From the NCBI RefSeq assembly GCF_963921235.1, contig NC_086109.1, positions 2,790,001-2,854,000 on the forward strand: DNA of 64,000 nt, in the 5' to 3' direction. A model generated the notes under the pieces. The model searched no databases and was not told where the DNA came from. It saw nothing but the letters and a program-made list of their open reading frames with translations. This stretch comes from Mobula hypostoma (lineage: Eukaryota). The position numbers and the translations under genes are program-made. Of this stretch, positions 21,750 to 33,259 are shown one piece after another. Positions within the stretch are counted from its first letter, which is position 1. Each line of letters opens with the position of its first letter.

Positions 21750-24700
21750 CATAGTGTAGTGAGAATGGTTGAAGGGACAGTGTATTCTGTGTGGTATGTG
21801 GGAAGTCTGGGACACCTCCAGTCTCCCAGATAAACACAACTGCACCAGGTGCACAAGTTTCAGCTCCTGAGAGAATATATTCAGGAACAGAACTAAAGGT
21901 GTCATATTTAAATGCGGGCAGAATATGGAATAAGGTCGATGAACTTGTAGCACAGTTACAGATTGGTAAATATGATGTTGTAGGCATCACTGAATTCAGG
22001 CTGAACGATGATTATAGCTGCATTTTATGTCCAAGGATATACAATGCATTGAAAGAATAGGCAGGAAGGCAGAGGTTGTGGTGTGGCTCTGTTGGCAAAA
22101 GATGAAATTAAATCATTAGAAGGAAGTGATTTAGGGTCAGAAGACAATGAATCATTGTGGATAGAGCTAAGGGACTGCAAGGGTAAAAAGACCCTGATGG
22201 GTGTGATCTACAGACACCCAAACAGTAGTCAGGATGTGGTCTACAAGTTACAATGTTAGATGGGAAATGGTTGCCAAAAGGGCAATGTTACAGTCATCAT
22301 GAGGGATTTCAATATGCAGGTAGATTGGGAAAAACAGGATTCCAAGAGGGGGAATTTCTAGCATACGAGATGGCTTTTTACAGCAGCTTGTGTTTGAGTC
22401 CAGTAGGGGATCAGCTATTCCGGATTAGGTGTTGTTCAATGAACCTGAATTGATCAGAGAGCTTAAGGTAAAAGAAACCTAAGGGGAAAGTTATCATAAT
22501 ATAGATACGTAAAGTGTAAAAGAGAGGTGAGAGTGGATATTGACCACTGAATAATGATACTGTAATTGGGGACAAGGAAATGGCAGACAAACTGCATAAG
22601 TAATTTGCATCAGTCTTACTGTGGAAGAGTCTAGCAGTGGGGTGGAATTTCCAGGTATCAGGGGTCATGTAATGTGTGAAGTTACCACGAGTAGAGAAAA
22701 GGTCCTTGGGAAACTGAAAGGTCTGATGGTAGATAAGACACCTGGAACAGATGGTCTACACCCCAGGCTTCTGATAGAGGTGGCTGAAGCGATTGTGAAG
22801 ACATTAGTGATGATCTTTCAAAAATCACTGGATTCTCTAAGGATTCCAGAAGACAGGAAAATTGCAAATGACACTTCATTCTTCAAGAAAGGATGAAGGC
22901 AGAAGAAAGGAAATTATAGGCCAATTAATCTGACCTCAGAGGTTGGGAAGATGTTGGATTTGATTGTTAAGGATGTGTTTTTGAGCTACTCAGAGGCACA
23001 TTATAAAATATGCCGTAGTCAGCATAGTTTTCTCAAAGGAAACTTTGGCCTGACATATCTGTTGGAATTCTTTGAAAAAATAACAAGCAGGACAGACAAA
23101 GGAGAATTGGTTGATGCTGTAAACTTGTGTAACACCCTGGGAAAGGGTTCACTGCTAACGTAATGGTCTTTCTGTAGAAGCAGTGTTTGGGTGATGGTCA
23201 GAGATAACGGGTGTTTTGGAATGAGAGACGTCTAATGAAGGGAGTGAGTTTTCGTGTTGTGTGCCTGACACCGGTGTGAGCTGGGTCTTTGGTTTGGTGG
23301 GAGATGAAGGGAGAAGACGCCGGAGAGAAGGGGTCGTAGGACTCAATCCGCAGCGGGGCCATGATTCAACGAAGCCCGGGGAGATCGAAGGAAGATCGGC
23401 AAAGAGGAAACCGTGAGCTCCAACTTGTGCACATTAGGCTGTTTCAATAAAATGGGTCGTCTCTTTTTTTTTGCTTTTTCTTTACGAACCCTTTAGTCAA
23501 TTAAGAATTATAAATTTAAATCATTTAATTGTATGCAGTGTACTGTCTGTTATTTCGTGGTACTTATTTGCAACAGGGTAACAGCTCACGCAGCATCCAC
23601 TCAAACGGGGTTTTGGGGTCGGCGTGCACCTCAATCTCACACGTTTGCCGGGGCTGGAGATTGTCTTCCCTAGACTTACGTAGCCGACAGAACCAAAGTG
23701 TTTCACGTGGATTTTCAGAAGGCCTTTGAGAAGGTGCCACTCATCTGGCTGCTTAACAAGGTATGAGCCCATGGTATTACAAGAAAGACTCGTGCATGTT
23801 GAAAGCAATGACTGATAGGCAGGTGGCAAAAAGTGGTAGTAAAAAGAGCCTTTTCTGGGTGGCAGCCAGCGACTATCGGTTTTCCACAGGGACCTATGTT
23901 GGGTCTAATTCTTTTTACATTATATGTCAATGATTTGGATGGTGGAATTGATGGCTTTGATGCAAAGATTGAATATGTTATGAAGATAGATGGAGGGCAG
24001 GTAGTTTTGAGGAACTATAGAGTTACAGAAGAACTCAGATTAGGAGAATGGGCAAAGAAGTGGTAGATAGCGTGCAGTGTTGGTATGTGCATGGTCATGC
24101 ACTTTGGTAGGAGAAATGAATGGGCTGACGATTTTCTAAATGGAGAGAAAATACAAAAATCTGAGGTGCTGAGAGATTTATGAGTCCTTGTACAGCATTC
24201 CCTAAAGGTTAATTTGCAGGTTAAGTTTGTCAGCATTCATGTTAAAAGGACTACAATATAAAAGGAAGGATAAAATGTTTAGTCTTCGTAAAGCCCTGGT
24301 GAGACCACACCTGGAGTATTGTGAGCAGTTTTGGGGCCTTTATCTTAAAAAGGATGTGCTGAAACTGTAGAGGGAACAAAGGAGGTTCATGAAAATTGTT
24401 CCAGGATAAATTGGCTTTGTCATATGAAGAGTGTTTGATTGCTCTGTTCCTGTAGTCAATGGAATTTAGAAGAATGAGGGATGACCGAATTGAATCCTAC
24501 CAAATGGGAAAAGGCCTAGACAGAGGGGATGTGGAGAGGATCTTTTCTAGGGTTGGAGATTCGAAAACCAGAGGGGACAGACTCAAAATAGATTGGCGTC
24601 CATTTCGAATGGAGTTGAGGAATTAGTTCAGCTAGAGAGTGGTGAATCAGTGGTATTTGTTGCTACAGGCAGCTGTGGAGACTAATTCATTATGTTTAAG

Positions 24701-24830
24701 GTAGAAGTTGACAGATTCTTGATTGGTCAGAACATGAAGGGATACAGGGGAAAGACAGGTAATTGGGTCTGAAAGGAAAAATGGATCAGCCATGATGAAA
24801 TGACAGAGCAGACTCGATGGGCCAAATGGC
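21750..24830 (+). mobile_element. Old, near full-length degenerate CR1
   Basis: LKVSYLNAG..NKVDELVAQLQIGKYDVVGITE (APE start), DKTPGTDGLHPR, FPQGPMLG, and a CR1 3' tail. Confidence 0.85.
23128..23705 (+). mobile_element. Solo LTR inside the CR1
   Basis: TGTAACAC...GTGTTTCA (7/8 inverted match), flanks cttg/cgtg; the CR1 reading resumes on both sides. Confidence 0.75.
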
Positions 24831-25639
24831 CATCTGGAGATCCAGCAGCACATCTTGTTCACGTAACAACCAAGTCAATGCAACTCCCCGTCATTGGTCT
24901 CTCCAAAGAATGAGTAAACTAAACTTGCAGTATTTGTTGTCCAACAGGGTCTTGCGATCACTATACGAAATGTCCAAGGCAATCGACTGTACCTTTTTAG
25001 GACCGCGCACAGTCTGGGCACAAATGTACGTGACAAGTCCAGCTCCATCAATATCGAGCAAGTCGCTGATAGGGTAGTCCTGCAGTAACTGATGTTCTGA
25101 GTCTCCGGCAGTGACTTGTGGATGTAAAATAGACGTACAGGATGAACAAATACACCGGAGTGGCTGCTGTGTCTGAGCACGCCGCCATTGTTCCAGAAGC
25201 AGATGTAGAGTCTGTACGTGGTGGGGCTCCTCCCTCCTATGTGCTCTCTCATGTCTGTTTGGTGGGCAAGACCAGTTGTAATGGGGGACTCTGAGTAGAG
25301 AGCTGGAACATATGTTTGAGACTTGTTGAGTGGGTGTGCAGACCCTTCATCATTGTAGTCACTCCTGGGTTCTCTGCTTGTCCACACCCTGAATCAGAAA
25401 GCACTGACAACTCCATTCCTCCCGCTGTTTCTTTCTTCTCCGCAGACATTCTGGAGCTCTCTCACTGGGAATTCCCATCCATGAAGCTCCTTGTCTCCTT
25501 CAGCGTCTCTGTCTGCTGCTCTTTCAGCTGCCTTGTCCGTTCTCTGACTTCCTCTGCCGTCCATGGGGTCAAACAGCACCGAAACCGGCCCTTTGATCAA
25601 TGAGTGAACACCGATCATCAAACACCACTTTACAGCAAT

Positions 25640-25880
25640 ACCATTTCATTAATCCCATCACCTCCCCCACATTCTACCCCTCACCCTCTCAGTGGGGGCA
25701 ATTTATAGTGGCCAATTAACCCACCACCCTTGTATCTTTGGAATCTGGGAGGAAATGGGAGCACCCGGGGTAAACTGAGTCTTCACTGGGAGAACATGCA
25801 AACTCCACACAGGTGGAATCTAAAACCAGGTTTAAACTGGGTTTGCTGGAGTTGTGAGACAGCAGAACTTCCTGCTGCCC
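25640..25880 (-). mobile_element. tRNA-derived V-SINE (HE1-like) copy
   Basis: Minus strand contains tgtgtggagtttgcatgttctccc...ccccgggtgctccc, the V-SINE core-like segment. Confidence 0.55.
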
Positions 25881-27049
25881 ATCTGTATGTGTTTTCTCTC
25901 TCACTCCAGAGACAGCTGGACTCCAGCACCATTTTCTGTTTCACAGCCTCAACCACTTCCTGCCACCATGTTACAACTTTGCAAGGCTTTCACCAAGGTC
26001 ACACACTTCTTGTGTCACTGAAACCCTTCATTCGTATTCTCTGCCTTGTCGATTAAACTGTTGTTTTTTGATTTCAGTGGCTCTGTTTCATCTGACTGAC
26101 CTGTGCCAGCCTCTCACTGGATCCGGCACAAGGCCACAAACAGTATTAATTTATTGCTCTTACCCCATGTCACTTCCTTTGTTCAACCCAGTTCATCCAA
26201 ATACGCAGCTCAGTCTTCCTCAGATCACACAGGCTGTTTCTTTGATAAGCCTGTCAGTCCGACGAAATCAAAAACAGCTTTTTATTTGGAAATGATCTCT
26301 TATTTATCAGATTGTCAACCCCACTGCATCTACTTTTTGCTGCTCTGATCAAACCGTCCCCGGGGGTAGCCAGCTCACAAAATGGTGGCCACAGAGAACA
26401 CACATAAAATGGCAGCCTCCATTCCTTCCACTACAAAGAATATATTTGTTTTTACTGCTTCCCCTGTCCCTGGCTCATTCAGTGTTCTACAGTTTTTTAA
26501 ATCCTTCATGACTGACAATCCACAGGGCCAGCATTCAATTCCTTGCTTTGTTGTACAAAAGCTTCAGACTTCTGGGAGATGAGATTGTTTGATCAGGTGG
26601 GCAGAGGAAGAGGCAAATGGACAATAAAATAGAGTTTGTGTCAGATCAGGGTAAATTGACATTCTTCTTCTTCGAAGGAACTATTCCTCTATTCCTCTGT
26701 TGGTTTTTGGTCGGGCGCTGGACGCTCAGAGAGATTAGGCTGGGGGCAGGTGCCTGGCACTGGTACTCATGACACGGGTCTATCACTATATAACAACGAG
26801 GTATAGCTCTGCTGGGGACCTGTTTGTCACGATAACAGGGTAGAGGACTTGGCCGGCCGCCCCACCAGACTTCGTCTGTTGAGGAGGGTGTGAGGACACC
26901 CAGCAGGACTAAAAAAAAACAAGACCTGACAAAGGGTGGATGAGCTCCTTGTGAGCCAACGGCCATCTTCCGTGGAAGAGATTAAAGCCTCACCACGTAT
27001 CTACAAATCGTATGCTATGCACCTAGTTGGAAGAGACATGAACTCGGGC

Positions 27050-27227
27050 GCTGCACCGTGTGCCTGGAACTGCCCAAGGCCTCCACCTAAGGAAGGGCTG
27101 AGCTCGAAGAAGCGGCCGCGGCTGGAGGCCGACACGGCCTCGGGCACGAGTTCGGCGGGGGCGGTGGCGGGCAGTGCCAAGGCGGCCAGCGAGAACAAAC
27201 TGGAGGAGAGGCTGTACTCAGTGCTGT
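27050..27227 (+). pseudogene. ZFTRAF1: Circularly permuted fragment of a ZFTRAF1 (CYHR1) coding exon
   Basis: 27080-27227 reads PPPKEGLSSKKRPRL...[13 protein letters not shown] and 27052-27084 reads [11 protein letters not shown]. ZFTRAF1 as I recall it reads KKRLR...[25 protein letters not shown], so the order here is reversed. Confidence 0.85.
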
Positions 27228-28085
27228 CACAAGATGGAAGAAGATGGAGGTGCATAGCTGCCAACCCCAGATTCGAATGGCACCCACTGACTGACTGACA
27301 GATTCGGAGGCTGTGTCCACTGGTCCTACACCCCTACACCATAAGAAGCGTTCTCTTATGTCCTCTGTCGAGGTCTTTCAACATTCGATAGGTTTCATTG
27401 AAATTTACACTCATTCTTCTAAATTTCAGTGAGTACAGACCCAGAGCCATCAAATGCTCCTCATATGCTCTACAACATGAAATCCTTGAAAGTGAGTCCA
27501 TAGGTTGTGGAATCAATTCAGAGTGGCGGTGTGTGAAGTTATCCACGCTGGTTCAGGAGTCTGATGTGTAACTGTTCCTGAACCTGGTGGTGTGGAACCT
27601 GAGGTCCGTACCTCCTTTCTGACAGCAGCAATGAAAGGAGATTATGGACTGGATGGTCGGGGTCCTTGATAATGCACATTGCTTTCTTGTCGCAGTGCTC
27701 CTTCTAGATCTGCTCAGTGGTGGGGAGGGTTTTTCTTGTGATGGACTGGGCCATATCCACCACTTTATGTTGGCTTTTTCTATTCTTTTGGTCAGGACTG
27801 TGGTGATGAGATAAAAGATCAGTCATAGTTTCATTGATTGTGGAGCAGGAACGAGGGGCCAAAAATCCTCCTGATTTTATTGTTCTTATTTGGTGTGAGG
27901 TGAAATACTGACATCAGTCTGTCCGCTCATGACGTCGAGCGCTGTGGCTTTCTGCTTCTGATCACACCTCTGTATTTCACCTTCTGCACAACACCTACTT
28001 TCTTGTCGACTGCTCTTGACAACGTACCGACTAGGAGAGGAAGCTTTGTTCAGCCCACCAACGTCTACACTGTTCTGTGAGAACA

Positions 28086-28140
28086 ATGAACACCAGGCAT
28101 CTGCTGATCTCCTGCTGGCTAACTCTCTGCAACTCACTCT
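28086..28140 (+). CDS. Candidate signal-peptide (leader) exon, possibly exon 1 of receptor B
   Basis: acaATG, reads MNTRHLLISCWLTLCNSL + 1 nt, consensus donor GTAAGT at 28141. Phase 1 matches the IgV exon at 32939. Confidence 0.5.
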
Positions 28141-28189
28141 GTAAGTTTGATTCAGAGCAAGTCTTTGTCTTTAAAATCCTTCTCTCCAG

Positions 28190-28440
28190 GTTCTCTGTTA
28201 CTTTGTGGACTTGGGCATTTCTGGGTCCTTCACTACCAGTGCACGGAGAGTGTAGGTTGGACACAGTGAAGCTGCCTCTCCTGTCGCACTCTCATAAAAC
28301 ACGAGTTTGACATGGAGAGCAAGAAAAGTTTGGTTACTGGTGGGTATTGAGAGAGAGGATTGGATTTTTCTGTAACCATGGAACCATCCTGCTTCTAATT
28401 CTGGAAACGGAGCTTAAGAAACAGGTATCAGTTGTTCACA
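28190..28440 (+). pseudogene. Possible decayed IgV-like exon
   Basis: Across frameshifts: PSLPVHGE..DTVKLP, SLTWRARK, ERIGFFCNHGTILLLILETE, KKQVSVVH resemble the A', B, C, D/E and G strands of the intact V exon. Weak, by eye. Confidence 0.35.
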
Positions 28441-31400
28441 GGATTGGGAAGGATTGGCAGAGATGTGGAATTAAGTACATGTGACCCAGGATCCCTCAGA
28501 ACCCAGGAACTGGGATCTGGTCTGGAGGTGTTTCATGGGAAAAGATCCTGATGGGAAATCGCTGTAGGAATGATGGATGGTGGGGGCAGGAAGTGGTGGA
28601 GGGGCACTGGAATGGAGAAAGAGAGTGGAAATTGTTAACAGTCATCTCCCTTTTTGGCATCCACGCGCTGGTTTTCACTCTCTCTCGGCAGACAGACTGT
28701 CGATCTGTCAATAGCCCAAATCACAAAATTGGACATACAAGCAGTGAGAGAGAATGATAAAGAAAATCCTGATATCATTGCCAGAATCGGTTGTTAACCT
28801 GTAGAATGAGTCATAAACCTGAGGATTGAGATTGAGTACGAACACAGCAAAGGGTAACAGATATATCGTTGAAGAAAGCGAAAATGGAAAGTTGAAGGAT
28901 ATTAAGAACAGACTGTGAGAGCCGGAATCAGGACATGAAACAAACACAGCAGCAGGTACAACTGTAGTTCCCTTACAGACAGACGTGGGTCTTTGTAATG
29001 GGGAATGAAGGAACAGTAGAGGAAATAACCATGGCTTTTTGTGTGTCTTTGTGGAACACACAAAAACCTGCCAGAAATACAGGATACACAAGTGTTGAAT
29101 GCAAGTGTAGAAACAAAATCAATCAGCATCAATGATGAAATAACATCATGAAAATGGATAATTGACACAGGCCTGATGATCTCCATCCCAGAGTCTGTGG
29201 CAAGGTGTCAGTAGAGTTACTCAACTTTCTGGTTATAATCGGGCAAACTCTACAGTTTCAGGAATGGTTCCTACAGACTGTTTCAAAAAGGAGGGAGAGA
29301 GAGAAAACAGGGAACCACACATCTCCCCAGCTGACACTGGGAGCGGGGACAATGTTGGAATCTGTGATAATGGGTGAGAAATGGAAGCTGTAGGGGAATT
29401 GTCACAAAGATTCACCAGACTGGTTTCTGATGTGGTGGGTCTGACATGTCGCTAGTGTGGGTAATAGACTAGGCCTCTATTCAAAAAGTTCAAAATAAGT
29501 TTTATTATCAGAGTAGAGATATGTCACCACATACAACCCTGAGATTCTTTCTCTGCGGGCATACCTAGCAAATCTATAGAACAGTAACTGTAAACAGGAT
29601 CAATGAACAACAAACAGAACAAATGCAAATATAAATAAATATCAATAAATAACCTGTTCTTGAACCTGGTGGTGTAAGTCCTGAGGCTCTTGTACCTTCT
29701 ACCTGATGACAGCAGTGAGAAAAGAGCATGGCCTGGGTGGTGAGGATCTTTGATTATGGCAATGTTTCATGTAGATGCTTTCAGTGGCTGGGAAGGTTTT
29801 ATCCATGTTGTACTGGACCGAATTCGCTACATTTTGTAGGATTTTCTGCTCAAATACATGTTGTTCCCATACCAGGCCATAATGAAGCCAGCCAGCATAT
29901 GGTGGTAAATCACTGGGATTCTCCTGTGATCTGGAAATTCTTCTTTCATTGGTAGATTTCTAGATATTAAGGAGATCAAGGAAAATGGCAAGAAAATGTT
30001 TTAGTCACGATCAACTGAATATGTCGTGTGGTTCAATGGTCGCACGTCTGCTTCCTGCTCCTGCTCGTCATGTTGACACAAGCTCGGCAATGGAACAGCA
30101 GAGCAGAGAGTGTGAGTGTTTGCATGAGAGTGTAAGTGCATCTGTGTCTGGGTGTATGTGTGTGCGAGAGAGAGAAAGAACACGTACCACACAATGGGAA
30201 ACTTGAGTAAGGTGTATGTGTCAGAACTATGGGTTGTTTTTAAAGAAGAAAGGGATTTTATCAGTTTGTATGTGGATTGTATTTTCTCAGTGTCACCTCA
30301 TGGGAATGTAGTGTTCCTTCGATTGTGAACTTTTCGTGTCTAATGGTTTGTCTTTGAACAAAGTGGGTTTTCACTTTGTGTTCAGTGTCTCATTTGGGAT
30401 CAAGGGGATTGTTAATCTCTCCTTGTATTGATCACTTTTATTCAATTTGGGTTGATGTGCTTTCTTGGTCACTGTCTGAGTTGGAGAGACCAGGAGACTA
30501 TGCTGTTGATAAGGATGTCTGATTCGAATCTGTCAACCATCTCTACAGTAGCTGTTTTGATCAGGACAGGGTTGTCTACACACACACACTTCCTTGGGTC
30601 AACAACTAGATCTTCTGTCTTGATTATGTTGAGGTCTATGTTGTTCTGACACCATGACAAAAGCATCATGATCACTTTCCTGCAGAGTGAACTCACACAT
30701 ATGATCTTCAGTAGTTTGTTTAGATTTAGACAAATTCAGTTTGTACTCCTCCTGGTTATCGAGACCCCTGTCCCCTTCCTTGTTGCTCCTCTTCAACCTT
30801 CCAGATTTCCCAGCATTGGGGTTCTCCTCCCAACACAGTTTTATGGAATTTAAACTCAGTCTACCTCCCTCGTGATTGGATTCAGTGGAATTCTGATCAC
30901 AGTCTGTCCCAGTGGAACTGTGCTCTCCTTCTCCAGTACTAATGCCAGTGTCACAGGAACCGAAAGCCACACCAGGCTCCGAGTCATTCCTCCCTGATCC
31001 TATTAACGGTGTTAGCATGTGTTTGTGGGTTGTGTAATAATACAAAGTTCAAGACGTTTGTGGTCATGTTTGCGAATGTAACCCCGGTTGCTCAGTGTCT
31101 GGGGAGATTTTACACTCTGCGGCCATTTATTGATAACATCCTGTACCTAATAAAGTGGCCACTCAGGGTATGTTCATGGTCTTCTGCTGCTGTCGCCCAT
31201 CCACTTCAAGGTTCAAGGTGTTGTGCATCAGAGATGTTCTTCTCCACAGCACTGTTGTAACGTGTGGGTATTTGAGTTTCTGTCACCTTCCTGTCAGCTT
31301 GAACCACTCTGGCTATTCCCCTCCAGCCTCTCTTATAAACAAGGCACGTCTGCACAAAGAAATGCAGCTCAATGGATTTTTTTAGTTTCAATCACCGTTA

Positions 31401-32938
31401 TCTGTCGTATCTAGAGTTTGATGTGTGTGAAAATCCCAGCAGATCAGCATTGAGTTGCTGCCACATGATGGCTGATTTGGTATTTGTTAACGGGCAGGCG
31501 TCGGGTTGTATTGAATAAAGTGACTATTGAGTGTGATCCAGGCACAGCCCTGCAGTGGATTCAGTGACCAGCATCTCAGTGTGGAGAAGCCATCCGCAGT
31601 GAGACAGAGAGAGATACTGCAGGGAACTCGTACCTTCAACCCACCGAGTCTATGCTAACCATCGACCACCTGTTTACACTCATCCTACATTAACGTGTCT
31701 GGTCCAGACGGCGTACCTGGCCGAGTACTAAAGATCCGTGTGGTCCCACGAGCAGGAGTATTTAGCACTTTCTTCACTGTACAGCCACACGTGGCTGGGA
31801 AATGGGTGAGAACCAGAGAAGTTGCCCCAAACACACTCTGATCCATTTTTTAAAATTTCTCCTTCTCCATCGTATGATACAGGAGAGGGAAGCAGTCAGC
31901 AGTTCAGGACACATTTGTGGAATGAGAAAAGAGCCAACTTTTCAGGTCAAAGACTCTTCATTAGAACTGTGGAGAAGTAAAAACTATAGGGAAAGCGGGT
32001 GTGGGGGTGTCTCTGACAGGGTGCCATGGGGATAAGCTGGCTACAAGATTATCTGGTCAATGGCTGATTTGGAGCAGTTGGAACAGGGAGAACATGGACA
32101 AAAGGATATTGACGACAATGTATAGACGTGAACTATTGAACAGGAAGCCTGGTCCTGTAGGTCGGGCTAGACACCATCTCCACTACCACATCCAGCTAGA
32201 TTCTCTTACACCCTTCTGAAGCCAATCACCCCTGGTGGGGCACAGGCTGCTGACAGCAGCTCACTAGACACCTCTATCCATCTAAACAGGGAATTCTGAC
32301 CCTCTCGCACAACAGAAACTGTAGCATTGGACTGTACACCCTCTTTGCTCCAAGGTCTGATGAGGAGTGGAAGAGTCCTCACAGACAGACTCTAACTGGG
32401 ACTCCACCCTCACCACCTGACTCTGGACGTCCAGGCAACAGGTGAGGGTCGGACAGTGCAGAGTGTACAGGAGCAGCCGGTGCAAGGAACCCCCTGGGGA
32501 CGGGAGGTGCAGCCTGTGGGACATTTCCCAGAGATGGCTCAAGTTGCGCTGAACCAGCTCTTTAGGAGAGCTTGGGGGACCCAGATCCAGTGACAATTCC
32601 GGCTGAGTGGTCGTCACTGTGAGTCTGATCAGTCGACCTCCTGACCCCTGCACACACACAGTGAGGTTATCCCAGTATCTCATCCGCCCCCCCCCTACCT
32701 GACCACTGATATCCGGCTGCAGGCTGCAACTTCATTTCTGAGGGCCGGGTACAGAGAGTCTGGAGTCCCGATGAAGGGTCTCGGCATGAAACAACACTAA
32801 CTTTGCGCTGTCTGTCTCACAGGGCTGGAACAACAGGATGGGCCGCTTGGCTTCCTCCCATGTCTTTGATTTTCCCAGGTCTGATTCCTCTTCCTATCAC
32901 TGACCTCACCTACGGACTGTCTTGTCTTGTCTCCTCAG

Positions 32939-33259
32939 CTGGGACTGGGACTCCTCCCACCACTGTGACCGGAGCTCAGGGACACTCAGTCTCCTTACTT
33001 TTTGGGATCCCAGTCAGTCCAGACTTTGAGGTTCATTGGATTCGGGTATCGCCCAGAATCAAGATTGTGAAGTACTTGAATGGGAACATCAGCTACTTCA
33101 GTAATGAGCAGTACAAGAACAGGATAACCTTTCACCCTGGGAGCATCAGTCTGGAAATCCATGATCTACGGAGAGAGGACTCTGGTGATTATGAGGTGAT
33201 GTTTGCAGCTGCAAGTTCAGGAGCTGAAAATAAAACAACAGTGCGACTGGAGGTGTACG
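32939..33259 (+). CDS. CD2/SLAM-family-like receptor B, IgV exon
   Basis: Same splice sites and, by eye, identical sequence to 4342-4662. Confidence 0.9.

Noticed and set aside
26936-27298. 120-aa ORF as a novel chimeric gene
   Set aside because: It is the permuted ZFTRAF1 fragment read through flanking repeat sequence; there is no promoter or splice evidence, and the RING residues are out of frame.
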